Positions 26,755 through 40,232 are shown, numbered from the stretch's first letter. The stretch: DNA of 64,000 bases from Leucoraja ocellata (GCA_036785375.1 JAWMAR010000471.1:620001-684000), one strand, 5' to 3'. Notes: a model not told the origin generated them from the letters alone. Made by a program: numbers and translations.

Positions 26755-26935
26755 ACACAAAAATTCCGGATAAACTCAGCGGGTGCAGCAGCATCTATGG
26801 AGCGAAGGAAATAGGCAACGTTTCGGGCCGAAACGTTGCCTATTTCCTTCGCTCCATAGATGCTGCTGCACCCGCTATGTTTCTCCAGCATTTTTGTGTA
26901 CCTTTGATTTTCCAGCATCTGCAGTTCCTTCTTAA
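26755..26935. repeat. Penelope-derived palindromic repeat
   Basis: About 50-bp perfect inverted arms centred near 26827. Confidence 0.7.
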
Positions 26936-27584
26936 ACAATCTACAACCCTCTACCTTGTGTGTGGGACGTAAGCAGAGCACCCGGTGAAAACCTACGCAA
27001 TCACAGGGATATAGTACAAACTCCGTGCAGACGGTACCCGTGGTCAGGATCGAACCTGGAGCTCCAAGGCAGCAGCTCTACCGCTGCGCTATTGTGCTGC
27101 CCCCTTATTCGCCTGGAGGTAAACTGCAACAAACAATCGGGTTGTTTTCGGATGTGAATAAGTCCGAACAGTTTAGTCTGTTGACCAACACAGAGATATT
27201 CAGATTTTTTCAAAAATCTAACCGTCTCATAATTCCCTTCGCATCGACCTGGTATCGCTTGGTGATATTTATTAAATTTATTTATTGAAAAGCACGGACT
27301 CCTGTATTTAAAAAAAACCGTCTGCTTGAAGCACTGAAAGGAAGTACGGCAGCGAAGAAGCAATGTATAAAAGGATATTGTACTGTGTGCTCCACGAATA
27401 AATTTGGAAGATACGATCAATTGTGACCACACAAAAACAGTACTTGACAGTCCAAGGTACACAGCATTGCTGGAGAAACTCAGCGGGTGCAGCAGCGTCT
27501 ATGGAGCGAAGGAAATAGGCGACGTTTCGGGCCGAAACCCTTCTTCAGACTTGAACCCAGTGATTGACAGTCGTTGGTCGCGTG

Positions 27585-27912
27585 CCTGCGCAGCGGTTGA
27601 GTTGCTGCTATACACCCGGGTTCTATCCTGGCTATGTACAAGCTGTTGCACGAAGTTTGTACGTTCTCCGTGACCTGCGTGTGCTTTCTCTGGGAGCTAT
27701 AGTTTCCTCCCACACTCTAAAGATGTACAGATTTGTAGGTTAATTGCCTTGGCATGATTGTAAAATTGTCCCTAATATGTGTGGATATCTGCCCCCCTGC
27801 TGGATCGAAGGGCCTGTATCTCCAAGTTAAAGTATCTCTAAACGCTGTATCTCTAAACTAAACTACACTAAACTAAACTAAACTAAACTAAACTAAACTA
27901 AATTAAACTAAA
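27585..27912 (+). mobile_element. tRNA-derived SINE (HE1-like) with (ACTAA)n tail
   Basis: Degenerate A/B boxes, CR1-like 3' end; related to 45817-46130 (+) and 42225-42545 (-). Confidence 0.7.
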
Positions 27913-28360
27913 CATATAACCATATAACCATATAACAATTACAGCACGGAAACAGGCCATCTCGGCCCTGCAAGTCCGTGCCGAACAACTTTCCCTTAGT
28001 CCCACCTGCCTGCACTCATACCATAACCCTCCATTCCCTTCTCATCCATACGCCTATCCAATTTATTTTTAAATGATACCAATGAACCTGCCTCCACCAC
28101 TTCCACTGGAAGCTCATTCCACACCGCTACCACTCTCTGAGTAAAGAAGTCCCCCCTCATATTACCCCTAAACTTCTGTCCCTTAATTCTGAAGTCATGT
28201 CCTCTTGTTTGAATCTTCCCTATTCTCAAAGGGAAAAGCTTGTCCACATCAACTCTGTCTATCCCTCTCATCATTTTAAAGACCTCTAGCAAGTCCTCCT
28301 TTAACCCTCTGCGCTCCAGAGAATAAAGACCTAACTTATTCAACCTATCTCTGTAACTCT
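27913..28360 (-). mobile_element. CR1-clade LINE 3' fragment
   Basis: ORF 27996-28433, FFTQRVVAVWNELP. Confidence 0.85.
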
Positions 28361-28825
28361 GTAACATGGTTCTCCCTCGATCATAGGAACTGACGCTGTC
28401 TGCCGGCGCATTCGAGAGTATCAGTATGATCACAAATCAAATCGGTTAAATTACCGATTATAAATTCGGTATGGTAACGAATTTCAGATGTCTTTTCTCA
28501 GAAATCCCCATTGAAACGACTTACATCGGGTCATTTCCTTCAGCTGTGTGCGGATGAAAGGCAAGTGTGGATTATAAGGCATGCTCGCCCTCTGTTGGCC
28601 CGCCATGGGAATTTCGCTACACCCATCTCCGCCCTGCAACCGCACGTTCCGCCTCTCACGCAGTATCCAATCGATGTCATCTGATGATGGCCCCGCCCAT
28701 CTCTCGCCTTTGGTTCTGTCGCTCTGTGAACATGTCGTGCCTTTGTCTTTGGGAGCCAGCTGCAGCCGGTCACTGGTTGGTCTTGGTTGGTTTTACAGAG
28801 TGTTAGTTTGGACAGAGTGTTTCAA

Positions 28826-28901
28826 ATGATGAGCAGCTACAGATTTATACCTATTATTGTCGGACACCTCCTCCCGCTGTTCATTACCATGTCACTTCTC
28901 A
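28826..28901 (+). CDS. TCR V2 leader exon (MMSSYRFIPIIVGHLLPLFITMSLL)
   Basis: Homologous to V1 leader, A|gtaaga donor at 28902. The codon at V1's ATG position is ATT, so an upstream in-frame ATG is assumed. Confidence 0.7.
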
Positions 28902-29036
28902 GTAAGATATTTCTTGCCCGTAAAAAATGCTATCTTGCAATGAATGTCGTAACCTAATTGTTGACAGTGGAAGGTTAATACCTATGCTGCTTCACGCAAA
29001 GACGCTAATCGTGCCATTGTCACTATTTTCTCTTAG

Positions 29037-29340
29037 ATTCGACACATCAAAATACAGTGGAACAATCCGAAGCAGAAATGACGTTCGAAGAGGGAAGGAA
29101 TGTCACACTATACTGTGCCCTGAAAACCAGTGATACAACGCCATATGTTTACTGGTACAAACAGCGCCCAGCTCACTCTCCACACTACCTGCTTCAGGTT
29201 CTGGGAAATATTGTATTAAGGAACCAGGGCGTGACCGATCGCTTCTCTGCTACGTTCAATAAAACTGCGACGATGACCGAGTTCATGATACGCGACCCCG
29301 TGATGTCTGATTCCGCCCTGTACATCTGCGCCATGAGACG
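29037..29340 (+). CDS. TCR alpha/delta-type V segment V2 (family I), V exon
   Basis: Acceptor ttttctcttag; VEQ...VTLYC...VYWYKQRP...DSALYICAMR; followed by a 23-RSS. Confidence 0.93.
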
Positions 29341-29379
29341 CACACTGTTGCAGACATGCTGCAGGCTCGAACAAAAACC
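29341..29379 (+). other. 23-RSS of V2
   Basis: CACACTG + 23 bp + consensus nonamer ACAAAAACC. Confidence 0.93.
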
Positions 29380-29461
29380 CACCCTCTGTGATCCCCATGA
29401 GCGTTCGCCAGCGAGCGCTCTTAAACAAAACGGAGACATTTTGGAGAAATAGGAAGGAAAA

Positions 29462-30500
29462 TGTAGATTGGTTATTTCCTACTAGCCAGTTACAATTCTT
29501 CTTAGTAGTTACTCCGCGTATTGTGTACTTTCGGTGTCAAAATTGCAACTATTTCCATTCTACGGGTCGTCAGTTCTGTGTTGCTTATGACAACGCCTGC
29601 AAATTCTGCAAGAAGTTAAACCACTTCGCTCGGTGCTGCCGTTCCCGTGTGAATCCAGCAGCTTCAAGGACGAGCCTGCACCTGCTACAACATTGTTGAT
29701 AATGACTTCCAAGAGCACCACATCGCACCACGCCCAGATCGAAAAAGAATTGTTCGCAGTGGTTTTCGCCTGCACGAAATTCGATGACTTTAGGTGATTA
29801 GTGGGGAAGATGAGGGCACATGGTATTGGGGGTAGAGTGTTGACATGGATAGAGATTTGGTCGGCAGACAGGTAACACAGAGTAGGGATTAACGGGTCCC
29901 TTTCAAAATGGCAGGCAGTGACTAGTGGGATAGCGCAAGGCTCGGTGCTGGGACCGCAACTATTTACAACATACATCAATGATTTGGATGAATGGATTCA
30001 AAGTAGCATTAGCAAGTTTGCAGATGACAAGATCGCTGGGTGGCAGTGAGAACTGTGAGGAGGATGCTATGAGAATGCAGGGTGACTTGGATAGGTTGGG
30101 GGAGTGGGCAGATGCATGGCAGATGAAGTATAATGCGGATAAAGGTGAGGTTATCCACTTTGGCAACAAAAACAGGAAGGCAGATTACTATCTAAATGGC
30201 GTCAAGTTGTGCAAAGGGGAAGTACAACCGCATGTGTTATTAACAGTCCACCTATATTGCTTAGCCACTGGTGCTTCTTTTGTTTCTAAAGGAAAGATGT
30301 AGATTGGTTATTTCCTACTAGCCATTTATAGTGCGTGTTAGAAGCGACTCCGCCTAGTATGTGCTTGATATTATCAAGTGCTTGCCTATGCTAGTTGGTA
30401 TGAGTAGTTCCTTGGAACTGTAATGTCCTACAGACCCATGCTGTAAGTAGATTTAATAAACATGTGTGATATCTTGATATGTGTTCGACTCGGCTCATTC
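29462..30500 (+). mobile_element. Internally deleted Ty3/Gypsy LTR element with nested CR1 fragment (about 29795-30230)
   Basis: Direct repeat TGTAGATTGGTTATTTCCTACTAGCCA at 29462 and 30298, purine tract before it, gag knuckle CKFCKKLNHFARCC and RNase H motif AQIEKELFAVVFAC. Confidence 0.68.
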
Positions 30501-30975
30501 AGATTCAATTTTTAATTGTCATTGTCAGTGTACAGTACAGAGACAACGAAATGCATTATAGAAAGGGTACTTATTCGCTTGGAATAAAGTGTGCCAAAAA
30601 GCAGGAAGACTGGGATTGTTTTCAATATGTAAATTCGTGCGAACGCTGTTGTTCCCAATGTTCAACATCTTGATATTCCGATGTGGAACTATACCTTGTA
30701 CGACTCGGAAATGATTTGCATTGACATGGACTCCGTTGCTGATCTATGTAAATATCTCTACAGTCTCCCACGGACTCTTGTATATTTCGAAACCCGCCTG
30801 CATGAAGAGTGGAAGTAAGTACGACAGTAAGCAGGGAGATCGTGAGATGGATAATGTATTTTCATCAACACATTGTGCCAGCAATAAAGTTGAAGGACAA
30901 GACCAATCGCGATCTCAGGACGGCAGCAAACGCACTTCATTAGAGTTCTATCTCAATTACACGGCTGACGGCTTC

Positions 30976-30989
30976 TGCTGACGTCAGCA
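30976..30989. promoter_or_regulatory. Perfect C-MARE/CRE palindrome
   Basis: TGCTGACGTCAGCA. Confidence 0.4.
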
Positions 30990-31210
30990 AGACAATCCAG
31001 AAAATAACATCATCAACGGGACCGCTGGGCACCACGGGGGGTAGAATGTATCCTCAATAAGGATGGGGAAATGGCTATTTAATATTTAGGAATATGTGTT
31101 TACTTTGTATTATAGTGGTGGGTTTATTTGTATTTTTGTATGTGTTTTTGTAAATAGATGATTAAAATTATTTTTGGTTAATAAATAAAGAGACGTCGTT
31201 CGCGGGCAAA

Positions 31211-31339
31211 NNNNNNNNNNNNNNNNNNNNNNNNNNNNNNNNNNNNNNNNNNNNNNNNNNNNNNNNNNNNNNNNNNNNNNNNNNNNNNNNNNNNNNNNNN
31301 NNNNNNNNNNNNNNNNNNNNNNNNNNNNNNNNNNNNNNN
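31211..31339. other. Assembly gap (129 N)
   Basis: N run. Confidence 1.
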
Positions 31340-31655
31340 TATACTTTGAAATGTTTCAGAAACTCGTTGCGTCAAAGCCAAATAAAGGTGTTGAGTAAAT
31401 GCTCCTCTGACCAACAACGCTCATATTTGTCAAAACGTAGAAAGTCGAGTTGACGGAATTTTATTTTGCAATTTCCTTCCGCTAAGATATACACTTTTAT
31501 CTGTTTCCACAAAGTTTCAACAATTGCTTCCAATAATGTGACAATAATACTACAAACCCTGAAGCGCAATTGACCCGACCATTTTTAATTGTAATGTAGA
31601 CTGAAAATATCCTTCCCTTTATGAACCCTTCGTACAATTGTATTTGTCTTGACTA

Positions 31656-32563
31656 TTATTTGAACAGTTGTCTAATTATGTTGAAAGGGTATTGGATAGT
31701 TGTCTTCAGCTGTTGTCTGAATTTAGTCTGAGTCCCCGCATAGATAAATGTGTTGGCGCAGGAACTGAGAAACTGCAACATATATCCGCCTTCTTGAAAT
31801 ATGAACTTCGGGTCATTGGAATTAGAGGCGCTGACATAGTTATTCGCTGTGATTTGCACAAATAGAAAATTTGCAACGTCCGTGGCCCAGAGCAGAATAA
31901 AACAGCCCGAGATGGCGAAGAGCAAAATGATGGACTTTCTCCTGCTCTGCATCTCTGGGTCCCTCTGTTTCTCTCCGTTGTTCTGGGCCCGAAGTCTACC
32001 GCGAGCTCTGTTGGCGGCCAGGATATATCTGACCGTCAGCACATTGAGCATCAAAATCAGTAAGAAAGGAACGCATGGGTTTAACATCCGGTGCGACCAT
32101 TCATACACTCTCCAAGCGACGGAAGTATAAAATATTTCTTTTATGCTGCAGAACCAGGGCACTGTATCGATAATGTACATCGGTTCAAATTCAAAATAAA
32201 ACGGGACGTTTCTCAAACAGGCGAGGAAGCAAACGGTTCCAATAACAACGGCCGCGGTTTTCTCGGTGCAATACCTCAGTTTCAGTTGTTGGCAGCAGAT
32301 CGCCACACACCGATCGAAGGTGAAAGCCACCGTTAACCAAACGGAAGCATCTTTAGCTGCGGAGCTGAGCGCAATGATCAGACTGCAACCCGGCGTGGTG
32401 GATAAGATACTAACTGGAAAATAAATCGCCCGAAGGCGGCTGAATATCACAGCCGTGACGATGACCAGGAAATCTGTCACCGCCATGAATACCAGGTACC
32501 GAGTGATGCATTTCGAGAGGCCGCACTTTCCCTGGGACAGAATGGCAATCGTCAGGACGTTAG
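31656..32563 (-). CDS. GPR139/GPR142-like GPCR 'D', exon 2 (intact; 325 aa spliced)
   Basis: Acceptor ttttccttgcag ending at 32564; 7TM ORF with the same family motifs (DRC variant of DRY). Confidence 0.93.
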
Positions 32564-32869
32564 CTGCAAGGAAAAGAGTGGGATTATGTAAATAATATCT
32601 ATCGGTGATCTCTTCATAACTGGCTTTTGGGAGCAGACGTGCAATCCCATATCGTTGCAACGAATGCAGAGCGTGAAGCGGTTATTGGTTTGATGGTTAC
32701 TTGTTTCTGATATCAAATGGCCACGCGAAACCGAGCTCTACGGCCTATCGCGTGCACTACGATGGACATAATTGCGCAGTCTTATGAATTTCACTGCCTG
32801 GTATAATTTACGTGGTATGTATATTTGTGCGTGTTGCCTGTCATGCTGTTGCAAGCACGATTTTTATGG

Positions 32870-34343
32870 TAACCATATAAACCATATAACAATTACAGCA
32901 CGGAAACAGGCCATCTCGGCCCTACAAGTCCGTGCCGAACAACTTTTTTTCCCTTAGTCCCACCTGCCTGCACTCATACCATAACACTCCATTCCCTTCT
33001 CATCCATATGCATATCCTATTTATTTTTAAATGATACCAATGAACCTGCCTCCACCACTTCCACTGGAAGCTCATTCCACACCGCTACCACTCTCTGAGT
33101 AAAGAAGTCCCCCCTCATGTTACCCCTAAACTTCTGTCCCTTAATTCTGAAGTCATGTCCTCTTGTTTGAATCTTCCCTATTCTCAAAGGGAAAAGCTTG
33201 TCCACATATGTTTGGTACATATGCCTCGTCACACTTGACTTGTCTATCTTCAAACAGGACAAGGTTAATTAATAACTGAAATGACTTACAGATTTACATG
33301 GACAGGACAATTTTAAGCAAGGCAGGGAAGACATATTGGAACAGGATATGTGGAGTTTTATGGACGAATCTGAAAGCGCCAGTAAAGTATGTTTGCAACA
33401 AAAGTAAGACATAAGGGGAACTTCGAATCAACTATGAAAATAGGTTATGACATAAAATAAATTATTGTAATAATGTAAAGACTGGATATAATAAGTAACG
33501 CCCTTACCAGGACAAGGGGTCACAGCTTAAGGATAAAGGGGAAATCCTTTAAAACCGAGACGAGAAGAACTTTTTTCACGCAGAGAGTGGTGAATCTCTG
33601 GAACTCTCTGCCACAGAGGGTAGTTGAGGCCAGTTCATTGGCTATATTTAAGAGGGAGTTAGATGTGGCCCTTGTGGCTAAGGGGATCAGGGGGTATGGA
33701 GAGAAGGCAGGTACGGGATACTGAGTTGGATGATCAGCCATGATCATATTGAATGGCGGTGCAGGCTCGAAGGGCCGAGTGGCCTACTCCTGCACCTAAT
33801 TTCTATGTTTCTATGTTTCTATGATTCAGTCGTCTATCCCCTTCTCTGTTTGAGGGGGGGGGGGTTACAGAAACTTACAACATTCTTAAGGGATTGGACA
33901 GGCTAGATGCAGGAAGATGGTGACACTGAGTTGTATGATCATCCATAATCATGTTGAATGGCGGTGCAGGCTCGAACCTGCTCCCCTGTACATCAAAGGA
34001 GACATGGTGGAGAGGGTCATTGACTTTAAGTTCCTGGGTACATACATCTCCCAGGACCTCACATGGACAGTGAACACCATCACTCTCGTGAAGAACTCAC
34101 AGCAGCGGCTATGGTGGTGAATCTCTGGAACTCTCTGCCACAGAGGGTAGTTGAGGCCAGTTCATTGGCTATATTTAAGAGGGAGTTAGATGTGGCCCTT
34201 GTGGCTAAGGGGATCAGGGGGTATGGAGAGAAGGCAGGTACGGGATACTGAGTTGGATGATCAGCCATGATCATATTGAATGGCGGTGCAGGCTCGAAGG
34301 GCCGAGTGGCCTACTCCTGCACCTAATTTCTATGTTTCTATGT
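32870..34343. mobile_element. Cluster of CR1 3' fragments in the GPCR-D intron
   Basis: Minus copy 32870-33207; plus copies 33510-33823 and 34113-34343 with near-identical tails. Confidence 0.8.
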
Positions 34344-34498
34344 TACCAAAGCTGCCCCGTGTAAAATTCGCAATTTTAAGAGCAACGATAAGGGACAAAT
34401 TATGGAAAATTGTGGTGCAGAACCGAAGACTAAGGCGGCCGGAGCGGAACATATCAGATGACACGGTTACGTATTTATCAACTCTGGCGAAGCCTTAC

Positions 34499-34568
34499 CT
34501 GGAACACCGACGACTGCAAGGATTGTGTAATAAGTGGCGAAGATTGGCCCGTTTCCAGGCGCGTGCAT
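34499..34568 (-). CDS. GPCR 'D' exon 1 (MHAPGNGPIFATYYTILAVVGVP)
   Basis: 70 nt, G|gtaagg donor; homologous to exon 1 of B and C. Confidence 0.88.
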
Positions 34569-35094
34569 CTTCCCTGATTTCGATTGCGGAGCTGCATCAG
34601 CTAAAATAAACACGAGCACACGAATATTTATGTCTTATATCATCCTCTGGGAAGCAATTAGATTGCAACATCGTCATTACTTCTTTTGATATTCCGGTTG
34701 AAGACGAAACAATCGTGTTTACAGACTTCTTCTTATCGAGTCCACATCACAAGATTAGAAAGTGTTCAGCCAGGGCTGCACACGCTTCTCGGAATCTGCA
34801 CACAATGGTGTATGTCTTGCGTTTCTTGCGCGTCTTGTGCGTGGTGGTGGAAAGGTTGTTGGAAACAGGGGCGCGACGTGAACGCCCTTTCATTGACTCC
34901 ATTTTTACGATAATGAATGCAATTAAATACACCTAATTCGACGAGCATTCTAGCCCCGGGTTGAATGGACGTCGCCGCTTCGATGCAATGTAAATAAAAT
35001 GTAAGGTATAAAAGGTATAAATAGTAATTAAGGCGAGTTACACGGAAACGGGACCGCCGGCCCTGCGCATCAATTCCGATCAAGTCACAGTCAG

Positions 35095-37200
35095 ACCGTC
35101 ATAAAGTGATACAGCGTGGAAACAGGCCCTTCGTCACAACTTGCCCACACAGGCCATCACATCCCCAGCTAAACTAGTCCCACTTGCCACCGCTTGGTCC
35201 GTATCCCTTCAAACCTGTCCTAGGCATGTACCTGTCCAACTATTTCTTAAACGACGGGGTAGTCCAAGCCTCAACTGTCTCCTCTGGCAGCTTGTTGCAT
35301 ACATCCAACACCCACTGCTTGAAAAAGTTACCGCTCGGATTCCTACTAAATCTTTTCCCGTTCACCTTGGTCCAATGTCCTCTAGTCTTCGATTCCCCCA
35401 GTCTGGACAAGGGACTCTGTACATCTACCCGATCTATTCATCTCATGATTTTGTACACCTCAATAAGATCATCCCCATCCTCCTATTCTACATGGAATAG
35501 GGACCTAGTCTACACAATCTCTCTCTATAGCTCGCACCCTCTCATCTTGGCAAAATCCTCGTAAATCTTTTTTGAACCGTTTCAAGCTTGAAAATATCTT
35601 TGCTATAACATGGTGCCCAGAACTGAACACAATATTCTAAATGCGGTTTCATCAACGTCTTATAGAACTGCAACATGACCGCCCAACTTCCATATTCAAT
35701 ACTCTGACTGATGTAGGCTAAAGTGCCACAATTCTTCTTGACCACCTTATCAAGCTGCCACTTGACCTTCAAGGAACCATGCACATGTACTCCTTGATCC
35801 CACTGCTCCACCACACTACCAGGAGGCCGACCATTTACTGTGTATGTCCTGTACCTGTTCGACGTCCCAAAACACTTCACACTTCTCTGTAATAAATTCC
35901 ATCAAACTTTCCGCCGCCCACCTGGTCAATCGATCCAGATGCTGCTGCAATACTTCACAACCGTCTTCACCATCTGAAAAACCACTCACTTTTGTATCAT
36001 CAGCAAACTTGCTAATATTTCCCTGTATGTTCTCATCCAAATCATTGATGTTGATGACAAACAGTAACAGGCCCAGCACCGAACCCCTGAGGTACATCAC
36101 TAGACACAGGCCTCCAGTCTGAAAAGCAATCATCCACCATCACCCTCTGCTTCTGCCCATTGAGTCAATTTATTGTCTATATAGCTAGCTCTTCTTAGAT
36201 ATAACCTTTCAGAACCTTACTTAAATTCATGTACACAACCTCGACAGCACTACCCTCGTCGACCTTTTTGGTCACAACTTCAAAACATCACTCAGATTTG
36301 TGAGACACGACCTGCCACGTACAGACCATGTTGACTATCCCTACTCAACCCTTGCCGATCCAAATGCTTTTATAACATGTCCATCAGAATCCATCTCTCG
36401 TAACTTTCCAACTACAGATGTTCAGCTCACTGGCCTAGAGTTCGCAGCATTTCCCCTGCAGCCCTTCTTGAAAAGAGCCACAACATTTGCCACCCTCTAG
36501 TTTCCCGGCATCTCTCTTGTATTTAAGGATGGCTCATGAATTTCAACCAGGGCTCCCGCAATTTCCTCTCTAGTTTCCTGCAATTTCCACGGATATATCT
36601 GATAAGGCCCTGGAGGGTTGGCTACCTTCATACACGACAGTACCTCCAGTACTGCTTCCACGGTAACACTGACTGCCCTCTAGACCCTCCCATTGACTGC
36701 CCCCAAGTACCTCGGCCTATTGTCTTTCTCCTCGGTCAATACAGAGGAGAAATATTCATTGAGGACTTTGTCCATCTCCTGTGGCTCCACACAGAGGTGA
36801 CCGCTTTGATTTCTGAGAGGTCCCACTCTCTCTCTAGTTACCCTTTCCCCCGTATGCGTTTATAAAATATTTTGGGATTGTCCTTAATGCTTAACGCCAG
36901 AGCTATCCCCTGGCCCATTTCTGCCCTTCTGATATCCTTTTTTCAGTTTACTCCTTAGTTCCCGAAAGTCCTCCAAGGTTCCACTTGATCCCTGCTGTCT
37001 ATACATGTGCCATGCATCCTCCTTGTTCTTGAACAACGCCTAAATTTCCCTCGTCAGCCAAGCTTCCTTACATTTTCCTGATTTGCCTTTCTCTCTAACG
37101 GGGACGTACAGATCCTGAGCTTTTAGATCCGCACAGATCCGCACACTTTTAAAAACATCCCACTTAGCCGATGTTCCTTTCCCTCAAATAACATGCTCCA
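35095..37200 (-). mobile_element. Degraded CR1-clade LINE ORF2 fragment
   Basis: GSVLGLLLFVININDLD...SKFADDTK and PHLEYCVQFWAP motifs. Confidence 0.87.
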
Positions 37201-37559
37201 GTCAACTCCAAGTATTCTTTGTTCAAGTTTTTTAAAGGCTGTAGTTGCTCTAGGTAGCCGAGCAACACGTGTGAGCTGGTTCCATGAACCCATAGCCCGT
37301 TGTTTGCAAAGGTTGCCCTCCGATACATTTTTACACGTTTCCCTTCCCACCGTTATCTCTCACCTCTTGTCTTCGGCACTCGACTCTTGTACAAATTATA
37401 TCATCATCCGCCTTAACTGAGTTTGGAAATGGCCATCTATTCAAGAGGGATCAGCAATCGGGTAGCAAAGGTGACAGCCCAAGGAGGTTGTTCGTAAATA
37501 TATATAATTAGTTCTCCATAGCTCTGTTTAAATAAAAAACATACAAAGTTCATTATGAA

Positions 37560-38335
37560 TGAATTAATGCATGAATAAGTTTATTGGCCAAGTATTCACA
37601 TACAAGGAATTTGTCTTGGTGCTCCGCCCGCAAGTGACAACGACATACAGTGACAGTTAGGAATGACACACAATACATTAAACATTAATAATAACCCAGA
37701 TTCAGATTCAGATTCAGATTCAATTTTAATAACAACACATTATTGATTAAACATGTTAATTAAATCAAACACCAGAGCAAAATGAGGTTACAGATTTTTG
37801 GTTATTGAATAGAGCTACTGCTCGTGGGAAAAAAAAAGTTGTTTTTATATCTGTCTGTGGCAGCTTTGACAGTCCGGAGTCGCCTTCCAGAGAGAAGTGA
37901 TCCGAAGAGGTTGTGGTTGTGGCCAGGGTGAGAGGGGTCAGAAATTATCTTACCCGCTCGCTTCCCTGCCCTTGCAGTGTATAGTTCATCAATGGAGGGA
38001 CGGTTGCTGCCAATAGCCTTCTCAGCTGATCGGACGATTAGCTGCGGCCTCCAGATGTCGCGCCAAACCAGACCATGATGGTTAAGGTGAGGACAGACTC
38101 TACGATGGCCGTATAAAATTGGACCATCATTACCGGTGGCAGATTGTGCTTCATCAGTGCCGCAGGAAGTACATACTGTGTTGTGCATTTTTGACCGTGG
38201 AGTCGATGGTAGCCCCCCATTTAAAGTCCTTGGAGATGATGGTTCACAGGAACTTAAAATACTCCACATATGTGACTGTGCTGTTGTTGATGTTGAGTGG
38301 GGTGTGGGGAGAGGGACCTCTCCAAAAGTCTAAAT
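37560..38335 (-). mobile_element. Rex1/Babar-like LINE 3' fragment
   Basis: FYTAIVESVLT and SDPSHPGH...LLSGRRLR motifs; related fragment at about 13625-13910. Confidence 0.75.
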
Positions 38336-38595
38336 AGGCCTGAGGTATTTCGAAAGCAGCGCCGCTCTGTTAAATCAACAACTGCGTACAACGTTGCTTT
38401 TTACTATTAAGTCGTGGAATTTCGTGGTACACATATTAAAGTTTGCTGTTAGTGCAATATTTTGACGGAGTGGAGATATCCTGTGGAGGTAGTGGCGTTT
38501 CCGCTTACAGCAAATGGTTTCCGGCGCCACTGCCTGCGCCACAATAAGCTACATAGCTGAACATCTGCAGCAGATGTGCCTCAGAAACCTGCAGC

Positions 38596-38634
38596 AGTTA
38601 TTGTACGAGTCTACACGCCGTTACCAACACTGTG
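38596..38634 (-). other. 23-RSS of V3
   Basis: CACAGTG + 23 bp + ACAATAACT. Confidence 0.9.
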
Positions 38635-38934
38635 CGACTGCACAGTAATACATCGCCGTGTCAGACAGCCGTAGTACCGAAATAGTCATCTGATATGTTT
38701 TCGTTGACTGCTGAATTTCGTCAGAAAACCGCTCACGAGCGAAATCCGCCTTCTGGTCATACCGTCCGTCAGTGTATCTCCGGAGCAGAAACTCCGGGTG
38801 ACCGTTGGGGTACTGGCGGTACCAGAACAAGTTGTAACCATCCTTGGCAAAGGTGCATGTTAAAATGGCGTTTTCCCCCTCTGTATGTGTCAGAGAAGTC
38901 TTCTCTTGGGTCACGGAATCAGCATCACCCCGAC
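38635..38934 (-). CDS. TCR alpha/delta-type V segment V3 (family II), V exon
   Basis: Acceptor ttgcag; DSVTQ...AILTC...LFWYRQYP...PEFLL...LSDTAMYYCAV; followed by a 23-RSS. Confidence 0.93.
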
Positions 38935-40186
38935 CTGCAACGCGTTAAACGGAGCGTTTATTTGACTTAAATCATCAAAAACTGACCTCAAAAGACCGTG
39001 AACGAATATGTGACAACAACAATTGTATTTACGGCAGATAGTCAGTCCTTGCATATCTCACAGACGGGCAAGTTTATCCTGACGCTCACTTCCTCTTTCG
39101 TCCCAGTGCACCGCCATCGATCACACACCAGTGTCCCCCCGAGTTCTATTCTGGAATCTGTTTGATTTATTTATAATATTTAGCTCTATAATCCCGTGGT
39201 GTGGAGCCGTTACATATTTCCTTGACAAAGAACATTCTGTCCGTTCCTGCATGATTTACCGGCATCCATAGAATCAAATAGACATAAAAGAGACCATGAA
39301 AGAGGTCGCCATTAAAGAGACCTTTCGACCCAACTCGTCCTTGACAACTATGGTGCCCCATCAACGTTGGCCCCAGTGACCGCGATAGGCGGACGTCTCT
39401 TTATATCTTCCCCCCTCGATGTACCTGTCCAAGTGTTTTTCAGATGCCCATTATATAACCATATAACCATATAATAATCACAGCACGGAAACAGGCCATC
39501 TCGGCCCTACAAGTCCGTGCCGAACAATTATTTTCCTGCCAATTCCTGCAATTATAGAACCTGCCTCAACTACCCGGCAGCTCAAGTTCAATCTAGTGAC
39601 CACCCTTTGAGTAATACAATGCCCCTTAGATTACTCTAAAATGACTCCGCTTAGATCTGCATCTAGATCTAAATCATATTGAACCCCTTTCTCTTGGTGA
39701 AAGAAAACGGTGCATTCATCCTATCTATTTTCATTATAATTTAATGCACCTCCATAAGTTCAGCTCTGCGCTTCAAGGAATAAAGTCCCACACTGGCCAA
39801 GCTCTCCATATATCTCAAGCGATCAAATTCGGGCAATGTCGTTGTAAACCATCTATACACGCTTTCAGGGAATGGGTAAACCATCTATAGACGCAGTCCA
39901 GCAGAATGACACCCTTCCCGTAGCATTCTTCCCAAACAGAACACAATGCACGGAATGCGGCTTAGTCACCCATCATACATTTTGAACACGGAATTTCAAC
40001 GCTACGGAGCTACAACTCTTCCAATGTCGATTGAATTGCTCGTTCAAACTCTTAAACATATTTTTCTTACTGGAGACGCAGAATACGTGTTGGATTGTAG
40101 GTCTGGTACAACAAATGAGCTACAGCAGTTGACCGAAGCCATCTTTCTGCAAAAACGCCGCTGTTTAATACAATGAAAATTCTTAC

Positions 40187-40232
40187 TGATAATGAATGTC
40201 GCCCACATGACAGTTTGTACCATGAGGCGCAT
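40187..40232 (-). CDS. TCR V3 leader exon (MRLMVQTVMWATFII)
   Basis: 46 nt, A|gtaaga donor, phase 1; decamer/CRE-like AGTGACGTGA about 95 bp upstream. Confidence 0.72.
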
